Shown here: positions 1-12,786 of the stretch, in pieces
How positions within the stretch are numbered: position 1 is the stretch's first letter
Layout of the letters: every line of letters starts with the position of its first letter
Origin: Octopus vulgaris
Taxonomy: Eukaryota
NCBI GenBank assembly: GCA_951406725.2
Contig: OX597824.1
Coordinates: 19,406,001-19,470,000, forward strand
Direction: 5' to 3'
DNA length: 64,000 nt
Translations under genes and position numbers: made by a program
Notes under the pieces: model-generated
The model's input: the letters and a program-made list of their open reading frames with translations, nothing else
What the model was told of the DNA's origin: nothing
Databases searched by the model: none

Positions 1-697
1 CATTGATGTTCACGTTGCTAACGATGTTCAAACGCCGTCGCCGGCATATTGTTGCTGTTGGTGTTGCTATTGTTGATAACGATTTCGCCATCGCCGCCGC
101 CGCCGCCATCATCGTTATTGCTATTGTGGTTGTTGTTGTCGCTGTTGCTATGGCTAATGATGTTGTCATCGTTATTAACGCGTCGTCGTCGTCGTTTTTT
201 GTTGCTATTGTTGCTAATGATATTGTTCATGTCACCGGTGTTGACGCATTTTTTTGTTTTGTTCTGTTTTGTTTGAGTGGTTTTTTTTCCGCTGTTTCTT
301 CTTTTTTTGTTTGTTTTTTTTATCGTGTTTTTACTCATGTCATTGTTGCAGCAGCAGTTGTTGTTGTTGTTGTTGCTATTGTTGTTGTTGCTAATGATGT
401 CGTGACGTCATCATTAATGGTTTCAGTGTTTCGTGGGTATTATTGTTCTTTCATTTTGTCGTTGATGACGACGACATGGGCGGACGGTGGCGACGAGGAA
501 GCGGATGGGAGCGAGGGAGGGAGGGGAGGTGGAAGGGCGGTGGCGATGATGGAGTGGTGGTGGCGGTGATGATGATGGTGGTGGCGGTGGTGGTGGTTAC
601 GGAGGTGATAGCGGTGATGGAGTAGTAGTAGTAGTAGAGATGGTGGTTCTTGATGACGACATCGACGACGACGTGGTGGTGGTGGTGGTGGTGGTGG

Positions 698-728
<31 letters not shown>

Positions 729-825
729 GCTGGTGCTGGTAGTGGTGACGATGGAGGTGGTGGCGGTGATGGTGATTGTGGTGGTAGTTATGGAGGTGAT
801 AGCGGTGATGGAGGTAGTAGTAGTC

Positions 826-874
<49 letters not shown>

Positions 875-1043
875 AGGTGGTGGTTCTTGATGACGACATC
901 GACGACGACGTGGTGGTGGTGGTGGTGGTGGTGGTGGTAATGGTGTCGATGGTGTGGTGGCGACGATGACGATGATCATGATCATGGATGGTGGTGATGA
1001 TGATAGAAGTAGCTTTCTAGCTGCAAGGCAAATAATAATAATG

Positions 1044-1103
<60 letters not shown>

Positions 1104-1205
1104 GTAATAACAAACAACAACAACAAAGAAATAGCAAGGAAATGTATCGTAAGAGGAGACGTTTTAAAACAACAGCAGCAGCAGCAACAACAACAACAGC
1201 AACAA
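1..1205. repeat. GTT/GGT/GTA/TAA/CAA trinucleotide low-complexity region
   Basis: Runs of (GTT)n, (GGT)n, (GTA)n, (TAA)n at about 1031-1105; block 596-680 recurs at about 786-915. Confidence 0.9.
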
Positions 1206-2094
1206 CTGTGTAAGGAGAGATTATAAAACAGTGAGTAAGAGGAAAGTGGTGGTGGTGGTGGTGCAGTTGGCGTAATGGCGGGTGTAAGGGTCATTGTGAT
1301 AGGGGTGGATCCTATTAACAGAATGGTTTGGACAGTCAGGCTTAAAGAGCAGCGAGTGGACGTAGGAACTGGACAAACAATCAAGTTAGGAAGAGTAAAT
1401 GTGTGAATACAAGATGGAGGAGATGGAGAAGAAGAGAGAGAGAGCGAGATAAAGGCGGAGGGTGTTGGACGGGGGTAGAGGTGAAAGGCGGTGATGAGAA
1501 AAGAGGTGGAGGGATCGTGAGGGTCGTGGGTGGAATGACGGCCTAATGAATTTAGTTGCTGTAATGAATGGTCACTCACCGTTAACTGCTGCCGCCACGG
1601 TCGTCGCAATGGCCGCTGTGTCCGCCTCGTCCGCCATTTGCCGCTGCTGTTGCTGTCGATGTCGATGTTGATGTTTCCGCCATCTTGTTTTCTACAGGAG
1701 GTGTTGGCTTAATCACAATAACAATAACAACAGACTGACGGGCCAGACGGACGGACGGACGGACGGACGGACGGCCAGACGGACAGATGGATCAAAACAA
1801 CAAATGGCCAATAAAAAATATTACTAAGAACCTAACAAAAATTACGGCGGCGGCGGGGATGAAAAAACTACAAACAAAAAATAGTAAAACAAAGAAACAA
1901 CAGTAAAAAAAAAAAGGGAAAAAGAGATGAAATGACCAAAACAAAGCAGTCTGTAGTGGTGTGAGTGTGGGTGTGTGGGTGTGGAGGTGGCGGTAGGGGG
2001 TTGTAAAAGTAACGACTATATCTGTTAAAGGACCACTCCAGTAAAGTGGTTTGCTTTTAGCCGAATATTTACCACTGGCGAAGGGGATGTTATA

Positions 2095-2129
2095 CAGATA
2101 TATACGTATATCTACATACATGCGTGTGC

Positions 2130-2172
<43 letters not shown>

Positions 2173-2189
2173 TACAAACATATTTTTAT

Positions 2190-2232
<43 letters not shown>

Positions 2233-2248
2233 AATATGTATACACAGA

Positions 2249-2284
<36 letters not shown>

Positions 2285-2397
2285 CATATGTATGTGTGTG
2301 TGTGTCTGCGTGCGTGTGTGTGTAGATAGAAGCATACATACATATGTGCATATATATTTATATGTATATATTCTGATTTAGAGTCTTTCATCTTCCC

Positions 2398-2431
<34 letters not shown>

Positions 2432-2621
2432 CATGTATATATGTATATTCATATATGCATATATATATATATATATACACATATATATACACATATATAT
2501 ACACATATGTCTGTGTGTGTGTCGGTGTGCGTGTGTGTGTGTAGATAGAAGCATATATACAAATATATATATATTTATATATATATATGTATATATTTAT
2601 AAATGAATATATATATATACG

Positions 2622-2657
<36 letters not shown>

Positions 2658-2662
2658 TATAT
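2095..2662. repeat. (TA)n/(TG)n/(TATG)n compound microsatellite
   Basis: Directly visible. Confidence 0.95.
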
Positions 2663-2663
2663 A

Positions 2664-2832
2664 GGCACAGGCGTGGATGTGTGGTAAGTAGCTTGCTTAC
2701 CAACCACATGGTTCCGGGTTCAGCCGCACTGCATGGCACCTTAGGCAAGTGTCTTCTACTATAGCCTCGGGCCGACCAAAGCCTTGTGAGTGGATTTGGT
2801 AGACGGAAACTGAAAGAAGACCGTCGTATATG

Positions 2833-2890
<58 letters not shown>

Positions 2891-3076
2891 CGTGTGTGTG
2901 TGTATGTGTGTTCACCAGCGCTTGACATCCGATGTTGATGTATTTATGTCCCCGCAACTTAGTGGTTCGACAAAAGAGACCGATAGAATAAGTACAAGGC
3001 TTACAAAGAATAAGCCTTGGGGTCGATTTGTTCGACTAAAGACGGTGCTCCAGCATGGCTGCAGTCAAATGACAGA

Positions 3077-3080
<4 letters not shown>
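2664..3080 (+). mobile_element. tRNA-derived SINE family A (CORE-like), near full length
   Basis: A-box/B-box-like head (GTGGxTGTGTGGTAAG...GGTTCAG), CORE-like CACCTTAGGCAAGTG, internal (TG)n, tail GGTGCTCCAGCATGGCTGCAGTCAAATGAC; many homologous copies in the window. Confidence 0.9.
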
Positions 3081-3129
<49 letters not shown>

Positions 3130-3135
3130 GCATTC

Positions 3136-3253
3136 TTTTATTCCTTTATTTTATTTCATTTGTTTCAGTCATTTGACTGTGGCCATTCTGGAGCACCGCC
3201 TTTAGTCCAACAAATCGACCCCAGGGCTTATCCTTTGTAAGCCTAGTACTTAT
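3136..3253 (-). mobile_element. SINE-A 3' fragment
   Basis: Reverse complement of SINE-A tail. Confidence 0.85.
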
Positions 3254-3360
3254 TACATACATATATATATATATTCTCAATTTAATAACGTATTATTACC
3301 AGTAATAAATATAATAAAAACTGTAGCGTGGCCAGAAAGCTTAACCTAAGCAGGCGAAAT

Positions 3361-3491
3361 ATATACAGATAAATAAGGGTACCGACATACCAGTTTGCTA
3401 GAAATAGGAGTCAACACTCTAAAGACATAAATCTCTCACTATAAGTATTTCTAGCAAGCTAATAATTCGGTACCCTTATTTATTTGTATAT
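3361..3491. repeat. Nested inverted repeat (MITE-like hairpin)
   Basis: 25-bp arms ATATACAGATAAATAAGGGTACCGA / TCGGTACCCTTATTTATTTGTATAT plus inner TTGCTAGAAATA / TATTTCTAGCAA. Confidence 0.85.
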
Positions 3492-3564
3492 ACACGATAT
3501 GTGTGTGTGTGTATGTGTGTGTGTTTGCTTGGCCAGTTTTTTTCCTTCTCCGAAACTTTCTCCT

Positions 3565-3599
3565 TTTTCTGACGAAGAGCCATGCTCGAAACGTTACAC
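3565..3599 (+). ncRNA. Minimal type I hammerhead ribozyme-like motif (stem I decayed)
   Basis: CTGACGA-A-GAGC-cat-GCTC-GAAA-C-GTT; same family as 26733 and 41617. Confidence 0.55.
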
Positions 3600-3710
3600 A
3601 CCCAATCTTTTGTCCATTTTATACTGAGCGTCAATCTAATAACTTCGCTGAGTACATCCTTTTGATATTTGTTGTTTTGTTATTTGCTGTTTATGATTTT
3701 TCGATTTTCC

Positions 3711-3725
3711 TACATACATACATAC

Positions 3726-3785
<60 letters not shown>

Positions 3786-4280
3786 ATACATACATACATT
3801 CATACACACAAACACACATACATACACACATACATACATTCATACATACATACATACATACATACATACATACACTCATACATACATACATACATATATA
3901 CATTCATACATACATACATACATACATTCATACATACAAACATACATACATTCATACATACATACATACATACATACATACATACATACATTCATACATT
4001 CATACATACATACATACATGCATACATACATACATACACACATACATATATACATACATACATGCATACACACAAACACACATACATACATACACACATA
4101 CATACATACATTCATACATACATACATACATACATACATACATACATACATACATACATACATGCATACATACATACATACATAAATACATACATACATA
4201 CATACATACATACATACATACATACATACATACATACATACATACATACATACATACATACATACATACATACATACATT
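3711..4280. repeat. (TG)n + (CATA)n microsatellite
   Basis: Directly visible. Confidence 0.95.
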
Positions 4281-4312
4281 CTTAACATACACAGGGTTTA
4301 TATTATACATAA

Positions 4313-4509
4313 GTCGGCGAGCTAGCAGAAACATTAGCACGCCGGGCGAAATGCGTAGCGGTATTTCGTCTCTCTTTACGTTCTGAGTTCAAATTCCGCC
4401 AAGGTCGACTTTGCCTTTCATCCTTTCGGAGTCGATACATTAAATACCAGTTGCGTATTGGATCCCCTCCCCCAAAAGTTCGGCCCTTGTGCCTAGAATA
4501 GGAAAGAAT
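4313..4509 (+). mobile_element. SINE family C, alternative (C2) tail
   Basis: Head GGCGAGCTAGCAGAAAC..TTAGC, B-box-like GAGTTCAAATTCC, core GTCGACTTTGCCTTTCATCCTTTCGG, tail CCCTCCCCCAAAA..CCTTGTGCCTAGA. Confidence 0.85.
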
Positions 4510-4752
4510 ATACAATTTTCAATTCGAGCTATTATTAGTTCAATGCTTCTGAATGTACGCTTGTCAAAGTTATATTGCGTTCCGCGTATATTTCCAAGCA
4601 ATCATCAAATGTTATACAAGCTTGTCCGACAATCGTATTTCAGACGCATTAAACTAATGGCAGTTCGAATTTTAAAAAAGTTCATTGTGTGTTAAAATTT
4701 ATTTATCACTCATTTGATGGGGCACATTTTTGTTGATCACACCAATATCATC

Positions 4753-4887
4753 ATGCCAGGATACGTAAGAGAAGTAAAAGATACCATAACATTTAAAAGA
4801 TTCATGGACGAATATCTCCAACAAATTCCAGAGAAACCACCAACACCAGGATATATCTCTGCAAACCATAACTCGTCGCCCGAGTGA
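4753..4887 (+). mobile_element. CR1/Zenon-like LINE ORF2 C-terminal fragment
   Basis: Translates MPGYVREVKDTITFKRFMDEYLQQIPEKPPTPGYISANHNS, matching the FKxxLDxYLxxIPDxPxxPGY...NS end motif of CR1-group LINEs. Confidence 0.6.
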
Positions 4888-5329
4888 GCTATGGTACTCA
4901 AAAGAACAACTGTAATATGAAACGTTTCGTCCGGCGTGCTAACGTTTCTGCTAGCTCGCCGCCTTATTGGTTAGAATTTATTATGAGTTTACAGATATAG
5001 AATCTTGGCCAAGAATGCTTCCTTGTGAAATACACAGGTAAGAACCATAAAATCTTGCTGTCATACTGTACAATAAGTATTAAGTGAGCAGTGTATGGCA
5101 GAGTATAACATGACTTCAGAACAGATTCAAGCATGGTGTATGTGTGTTTATGTGTGCGCGGTTACATGTATGTATGTGTGTATGTGTGTATATGTATGTT
5201 TGTATGTATGTATGTATATATACATGTATGTATGAATGTATGTATGTGTATTCCTACATATACATATATATAAAGAGAGAGAGAGAGAAAGAGAGGGTGA
5301 GAGAGAGAGATGGAGAGAGAGAGGGGGAA

Positions 5330-5400
5330 TGAAAGCGCAAGTGGTTAGAATATCGGGTTTACAATCACCAGGGAGTGAGTTCGATTCGCGGACTGTAGGG
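5330..5400 (+). mobile_element. Degenerate tRNA-like SINE head
   Basis: AGTGGTTAG...GAGTTCGATTC, similar to B/D heads. Confidence 0.5.
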
Positions 5401-5725
5401 TGTTGGAATCTTGGCATGTAGGGTGTTGGAATCCTCAACACACACACACACACACACACATACACATAAACACAGATAATGCATGTATACATATATGCAT
5501 GCTTAAATACATGGATAAATATATTATATTAATTAACTAGATATTAAGCAAAATGTCGACCAAGGGACTGCCTGACGACGTAACATGTTGTTAATATGGG
5601 AGAGGGGTCACTCTGTGATCCTCCTCCTCCTCATCATCATCATCATCACTACTATCATTATCATCATCATCATCATCACCACAATCATCATCATCATCAT
5701 CATCACCATCATCATCATCATTATC

Positions 5726-5897
5726 TGTTTCTTTACTACCCACAAGGGGCTACACACAGAGGGGACAAGCAAGGACAGACAAACGGATTAAGTCGATTAC
5801 ATCGACCCCAGTGCGTAACTGGTACTTAATTTATCGACCCCGAAAGGATGAAAGGCAAAGTCGACCTCGGTGGAATTTGAACTCAGAACGTAACGAC
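5726..5897 (-). mobile_element. SINE-C body, 5'-truncated, within (CAT)n
   Basis: Homologous to other C copies. Confidence 0.9.
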
Positions 5898-6734
5898 AAG
5901 AGACATCATCAGCATCATTATCATCACCATCATCATCGTCCTAATCGTCATGGTCACCACTACCGCTGCTATCATTATCATCATCATTATCACCACCATA
6001 ACCCTTATGGTCATGGTCATGCCTCTACTACCACCACCACATCGACTGTGAGCAACTACACCATCTCCTTAGCCATCACAAACACCCCACCACACAACAA
6101 CCATCACACTACTCCCACCACCATCACCAGCGCCATGCCTCTCCTCGTATCGCCATAATCACGCAAGCCCCCCGTACCGCTACTACCGCCACAACCACAC
6201 CACGTCACGGCCAAATCACACTACAGCACCAACGCCGCTACCACCAGAGCACCACATCCCCTCCGACAAAACTCGCCGCCACGCCACCAGTCACCAATGT
6301 CCGGTCTGACGCACCGCCATGTCAGCAGGACAATATTGGATCAATGTGGGACGTGGACAGCCAGGACGGAAGTGGACACTGATTAGTGAAGAGGACGATG
6401 GGAAGGGAAGGAAAGGGAAGAGGTTGTGGTGGTGGTGGTGGTAGTGATGGACGTTGTACAGCGTGTAAGACATTTGTCGATGTATTACTTACACAGGATA
6501 GTCACGGCCGGGAGCACCTTTGATCATGCATTGTCCTGCTTTATCTGGCTGGCCTGTGGTTACACAACAACAACAACAGCAGTAACAAGAACTGCGGGAC
6601 TATCAACTGCAGCGGCAGTAACAACAAAGACAGTAAAATGGGTTGACAAGAACAAGAAGACAACGAACAATAATGGCGTCGGCATCAGCGTTTAGATAAG
6701 AATAAATAAAAAGAAGAAAGGAAAAAGAAAGTGA

Positions 6735-8075
6735 CAACAACAACAACAGCAGCAATACGTCAGCAACCAACAGCGCAGCAGCAGCAAAGGCAACTGCAAC
6801 AAAAGAAATAGCAACAGCAGCAAAAAAGAGCAACAGCACCAAAAACAACAACAGCAGCAAAAGCAGCAACAGCACGAAAAATAAGAACAGCAGCAAAAAC
6901 AGGAACATCATCAAAACTGAAAACAGCACCAAAAATGACAACAGCAGCAAAAACAGCAAACGCACCAAAACAGCAGCAAAAAGGCAACTGCAGCAAAACA
7001 ACAACAGCAGCAAAAAGGCAACTGCAGCAAAACAACAACAGCAGCAAAAGCAGCAACAGCACGAAAAATAAGAACAGCAGCAAAAACAGGAACATCATCA
7101 AAACTGAAAACAGCACCAAAAATGACAACAGCAGCAAAAACAGCAAACGCACCAAAACAGCAGCAAAAAGGCAACTGCAGCAAAACAACAACAGCAGCAA
7201 AAAGGCAACTGCAGCAAAACAACAACAGCAGCAAAAAGGCAACTGCAGCAAAACAACAACAGCAGCATAAGCAACAACAGCAGCAAAAAAGGCAACAGCA
7301 GCAAAAGTAACAACAGCAGCAAAGACAGAAACAGCAGCAAAAAAGGCAACAGCAGCAAAAATAGAAACAGCAGCAAAAGCAACAACAGCAGCAAAAACAG
7401 TAACAGCACCAAAAATGAGAACAGCAGCAAAAACAGAAACAGCAGCAAAAAAGGCAACAGCAGAAAAAACAGAAACAGCAGCAAAAGCAACAACAGCAGC
7501 AAAGACAGAAACAGCAGCAAAAAAGGCAACAGCAGCAAAAATAGAAACAGCAGCAAAAGCAACAACAGCAGCAAAAACAGTAACAGTACCAAAAATGACA
7601 ACAGCATCAAAAACAGAAACAGCAGCAAAAAAGGCAACAGCAGCAAAAACAGAAACAGCAGCAAAAGCAACAACAGCAGCAAAAACAGAAACAGCACCAA
7701 AAATGAGAACAGCATCAAAAACAGAAACAGCAGCAAAAGCAACAACAGCAGCAAAAACAGTAACAGCACCAAAAATGAGAACAGCAGCAAAAACAGAAAC
7801 AGCAGCAAAAAAGGCAACATTAGCAAAAACAGAAACAGCAGCAAAAATGAGAACAGTAGCAAAAACTGGATCCACAGCAAAAATAGGAACAATACGGAGA
7901 GCAGCAACAGCAACGAAGACAACCGAAGTAAGAACGGCAACAGCAGCAAAAACAACAACAGCATCAACACAGCAGCAGCATGCAGTTAGCCTGTAGCAGC
8001 AAAAGCACAACAGCAGCAACAACAATAACAATAACAACAACTTTAACAGCTACAACTGCTTCTGTAATAACAGTT
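6735..8075. repeat. CAG/CAA-derived 18-bp minisatellite with higher-order duplications
   Basis: Unit ACAGCAGCAAAAACAGAA and variants; blocks near 6845-7010 and 7030-7195 duplicated. Confidence 0.9.
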
Positions 8076-8211
8076 ACAACAACAAGTAGGTAACCAACAG
8101 CAGGCGGTAAAAGACAACACATGTTATCACAGCTGTGGTAATAGCAAGCAGACAGTTTGATTGTCTGGAGCTGGTTATAATTGGTAGCAGCAGCGTGGAG
8201 ACTGGATCTAC

Positions 8212-8228
8212 ATTATACATATATATAC

Positions 8229-8319
<91 letters not shown>

Positions 8320-8445
8320 TGTATGTATGTATTGTTTCTTTACACACGCAGCGATAGATGTATGTATATATGTATTATGTATGCATGCATGTATGTATGT
8401 TTGTGTCTGCGTGGGTATGTATATGCATGTGTATGTCTGTATGTA

Positions 8446-8480
<35 letters not shown>

Positions 8481-8612
8481 CTTCAATTGAACGTACATAC
8501 ACACTTGTACACACACCCCAAACTCACATATACATATATATATATATATATACATGTAGATATATATCTATATTATGTTTTGTGTGAATGACATATATAT
8601 ACATATATATAT

Positions 8613-8663
<51 letters not shown>

Positions 8664-8812
8664 CACATACATATATGCATGCATACATACATACATACAT
8701 ACATACATACATACATACATACATACATACATACATACATACATACATACATACATACATACATACATACATACATACATACATACATACATACATAGGT
8801 ATGCAATATATG
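8212..8812. repeat. (TA)n/(TATG)n/(GATA)n/(CATA)n microsatellites
   Basis: Directly visible. Confidence 0.95.
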
Positions 8813-9038
8813 CATTGATAAATTCTTATACAGATTTTATCCTATATTTTCAATTGTAAATTTAACCGGAATATATTCAGTGATGAATTTTATTCCGAAT
8901 AAACACGTTGTACCGAGATGCAATTCGAAAAAGCCCGCCTGTAAGGCTGAACAATTCTATATTCTACGCTGAGTACATTTGGTTGTTCGTCTGGTATGTT
9001 GATTTTTGTTCATTTTTTTATATATCTTGAATTATGCT

Positions 9039-9095
9039 TGCACTGAAGATTTAAAAGTGCATTTGTGCACTAATTATGAAATCATATGATATGCA
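9039..9095 (+). ncRNA. Type I hammerhead ribozyme-like motif
   Basis: Stem I TGCA/TGCA; CTGAAGA (9043-9049); stem II AGTGCA-tttg-TGCACT with imperfect base; GAAA 9078-9081; palindromic stem III ATCATATGAT; triplet ATA. Confidence 0.65.
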
Positions 9096-9395
9096 GCTGA
9101 ATTCTGTTTTTTAAAATGCTCGCTTCGAGAGTTGCATTCCCCCGTATTCGGTACAACGTGTTTATATATTTTGGTAGTTTTGACTTTAAGAGTCCCTCCT
9201 AGCGTGTGGCATTTATGTATAGTAATGCCCTCAATACAAATAAATATATTTAAGAGAAAAATTGATGGATTTTTCCCTTATGAGGCTTTTCACGCTAACT
9301 ACTCGATAAATTCTTATAAAGATATTATCCTATTTTTAAATTGTATAGCCCATCTTTTATACCAAGGCAAAACAATGTACATGATAACACTTCCA

Positions 9396-9396
<1 letters not shown>

Positions 9397-9463
<67 letters not shown>

Positions 9464-9474
9464 CATTATTATTA

Positions 9475-9556
<82 letters not shown>

Positions 9557-9591
9557 CATCATTATTATAATTATTATTATTATTATTATTA

Positions 9592-9640
<49 letters not shown>

Positions 9641-9643
9641 CAT
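9397..9643. repeat. (TTA)n microsatellite
   Basis: Directly visible; further tracts at 10431-10594 and 11104-11167. Confidence 0.95.
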
Positions 9644-10140
9644 TACTAACCCTAGGGTACAAATATACGAAACCCATTGAACCCATCATGACTACCTGGT
9701 TGATAAGGGTACACCAGGCACATGCATCACAGCCATATGTGCAAGACATGGTAGTCTCATATCAAGATAAACAGCGCATGACCTTGCAGGTGAAGCCCAG
9801 TTGGAATTTTCCCGTTCAAAAGGTCCCTGAATAAGGGTTGTTTAATGATGATTAACAAAACGCTTATGTTTCCAGAGGCAAATTATTCAAACCGCTAAGA
9901 ATCCTTCTCAGCACATGGCTATGATACTCCCCCACTACTTCTGCACAGAGATGCACATATCGTCAGCCACCAAGGGACATGCTCAACTGGTTAAGGCTGA
10001 AGCAGCTGCGAAGCAAATCTGTGGTATTGAGCAGAATATTTGCTGTAGCCCATCTTTTATACCAAGACAAAACAATGTACATGATAACACATTCAGTCAG
10101 TTAAGATCAGAAGCCATGAGAGCCACTGCCTGATATTGTA
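9644..10140 (-). mobile_element. About 480-bp non-coding element associated with (TAA)n
   Basis: Near-identical copy at 10601-11103, inverted diverged copy at 49050-49516, fragment at 9344-9396; all abut (TAA)n. Confidence 0.8.
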
Positions 10141-10184
10141 GTATCACCATCCTCATCATCATCCTCATCATCATCATCATCATC

Positions 10185-10429
10185 CAGGTTTTTGCAAATT
10201 ACCCAGTGAATATATTGTGTTGCTCTATCATGCCTACTGAGGTACTCTGTAGGCGTAGAAGACTGCATTTGGAGACAACATGGTCAATGGTTTCATTTTG
10301 TTGTCGGCATACACGACATGTTGGGCTACTGCCGTTCTTTAATATGTTGGCCTCGTAGTTTCTTGTTGGTAGGCATTGATCTTGAGCTGCTATGATAAAC
10401 CCCTCTGTTTCAGATTTTAAGCCAGAGGC

Positions 10430-10433
<4 letters not shown>
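10185..10433 (-). mobile_element. R4/Dong-like non-LTR retrotransposon fragment (CCHC knuckle)
   Basis: GLKSETEGFIIAAQDQCLPTRNY...CRVC....ETIDHVVSKC followed by RHD after a frameshift; typical of RLE-type elements. Confidence 0.85.
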
Positions 10434-10513
<80 letters not shown>

Positions 10514-10518
10514 CATCA

Positions 10519-10596
<78 letters not shown>

Positions 10597-10600
10597 CATT

Positions 10601-11101
10601 ACTAACCCTAGGGTACAAATATACGAAACCCATTGAACCCATCATGACTACCTGGTTGATAAGGGTACACCAGGCACATGCATCACAGCCATATGTGCAA
10701 GACATGGTAGTCTCATATCAAGATAAACAGCGCATGACCTTGCAGGTGAAGCCCAGTTGGAATTTTCCCGTTCAAAAGGTCCCTGAATAAGGGTTGTTTA
10801 AGGATGATTAACAAAACGCTTATGTTTCCAGAGGCAAATTATTCAAACCGCTAAGAATCCTTCTCAGCACATGGCTATGATGCTCCGCCACTACTTCTTC
10901 ACAGAGATGCACATATCGTCAGCCACCAAGGGACATGCTCAACTGGTTAAGGCGAAGCAGCTGCCAAGCAAATCTGTGGTATTGAGCAGAATATTTGCTG
11001 TAGCCCATCTTTTATACCAAGACAAAACATGTACATGATAACACATTCAGTCAGTTAAGATCAGAAGCCATGAGAGCTATTGCCTGGTACTGAATCAGGG
11101 C

Positions 11102-11103
<2 letters not shown>
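10601..11103 (-). mobile_element. Second copy of the (TAA)n-associated element
   Basis: Near identity to 9644-10140. Confidence 0.8.
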
Positions 11104-11167
<64 letters not shown>

Positions 11168-11476
11168 TGCCGTTTGCTGCAATTATGCAAAAGATATCAC
11201 CAGCTAACGTCTTGACGACCGGCTACTGGGCTATTAATAATGGCTGCCTCCTACCACTTTTTACCGGAAGGAGTATACCGTTTCACTATACAACAGAACC
11301 ATATACTGGTAGTGGACAATTATCAATGGTAATCTAGATTGCTAAGTCCAAACCAGTTCCCTCATATGAAGTGGGTATTTCTACGGAGTTCAGAACTGGC
11401 GAAGTTGCGAATGATGATTCCATGGAAATCCTTGGATATTGGAGGGTTTGGTTGGTGTGGAATGTTGCGGTATATA

Positions 11477-11535
11477 CAGAGTCGGATTAAGCCCCATAGG
11501 GGCCCTAGGCACTTAAAAGATTTCGGCACGCCCAT
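11477..11535 (+). mobile_element. Possible hAT-type MITE terminus
   Basis: CAGAGTCGGATTAAGCCCCATAGGGGCCCTAGGC resembles CAGGGCCGGATT-type hAT ends and the end at 52699; no partner TIR found. Confidence 0.35.
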
Positions 11536-11540
11536 ATATA

Positions 11541-11868
11541 GGAGCATTCAGTCGGTTACGACGACGACGGTCCCAGCTGATACGATCAACGGAACAGCTT
11601 GCTCGTGAAATTAACGTGCAAGTGACTGAGTACTCCACAGACACGCGTACCCTTTATGTAGTTCTCAAGGAGATTCAGCGTGACACAGAGTGTGACAAGG
11701 CTGGCCCTTTTCTGAAATACAGGTACAACTCATTTTTGCCAGCTGAGTGGACTGGAGCAACGTGAAATAAAGTGTCTTGCTCAAGGACACAACGCGTCGC
11801 CGGGAATCGAACTCACGACCTTACAATCGTGAGCCGCATTGCCCTAACCACTAAGCCACGCGCCTTCA
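11541..11868 (-). mobile_element. SINE: head D + CORE-like domain + tail B
   Basis: Head GGCGCGTGGCTTAGTGGTTAGG..GAGTTCGATTCC, TGTGTCCTTGAGCAAGACAC; tail shared with SINE-B. Confidence 0.85.
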
Positions 11869-11876
11869 TACGCCCA

Positions 11877-11973
<97 letters not shown>

Positions 11974-12464
11974 AATTCAAAATATACACCATAAAATAAA
12001 CTATTTTTCAAAATGAAACAACACCAACAGTAATTTAGAAAATAATGTTTATTTTCATATTTGAATATAAAAACATATCACTAACGTGGAGCTAAATCCC
12101 CGCTGCCTCCATCACCGAGAACACCAGATCACGAGATTTCGACCTACCTTGACCTTTTCAATAATGGACACTCGACCGCTAGAGATAGTAGCAAGTTATT
12201 CCCCCGCCAGCAATATATAGAACATATAAAAGTTTTTTTCTTCTTATGTGTTTTATTGGAATGCGGCTATGCTGCGGCACCGTCTTGAAGAGGTTTAGTT
12301 GAACAAATTGATCATAGTACTTATTTATTTGGACAATGTTGAACTCATTATTTTAGTCTTTGGAGATTCGACGAAAGAAACGATAAGAGTGTGAAGAAAG
12401 ATATAGAGTGAGTGGTTGAATGAAAGAAAGTAGGAATGGATGAATGAAATCGGATAGAGAACGA

Positions 12465-12700
12465 TAGAAAGAAAGAAAAAAGAAGGAAGGAAAGAAAGAA
12501 AGAAAGAAAGAAGGAAGGAAGGAAAGAAAGAAAGAAGGAAAGAAAGAAGGAAAGAAGGAAAGAAAGAACAAAGAGAGAAAGAACGATGGGGAAAGTAGTG
12601 TAGCAAAAGAGTAAAAAAATGAAAGAAAGGAAAAACGAAAGGGTAAATAAAGTAAACAAGAAAGAAAGGAAAGAAGAAGAAGAAGAAGAAGAAGAAGAAG

Positions 12701-12779
<79 letters not shown>

Positions 12780-12786
12780 GCAACAA
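12465..12786. repeat. (GAAA)n/(GAA)n/(CAA)n microsatellites
   Basis: Directly visible. Confidence 0.95.

Noticed and set aside
10125-10147. Short similarity to the U2 snRNA 3' region
   Set aside because: Only about 17 nt and weaker in the second copy; likely chance.
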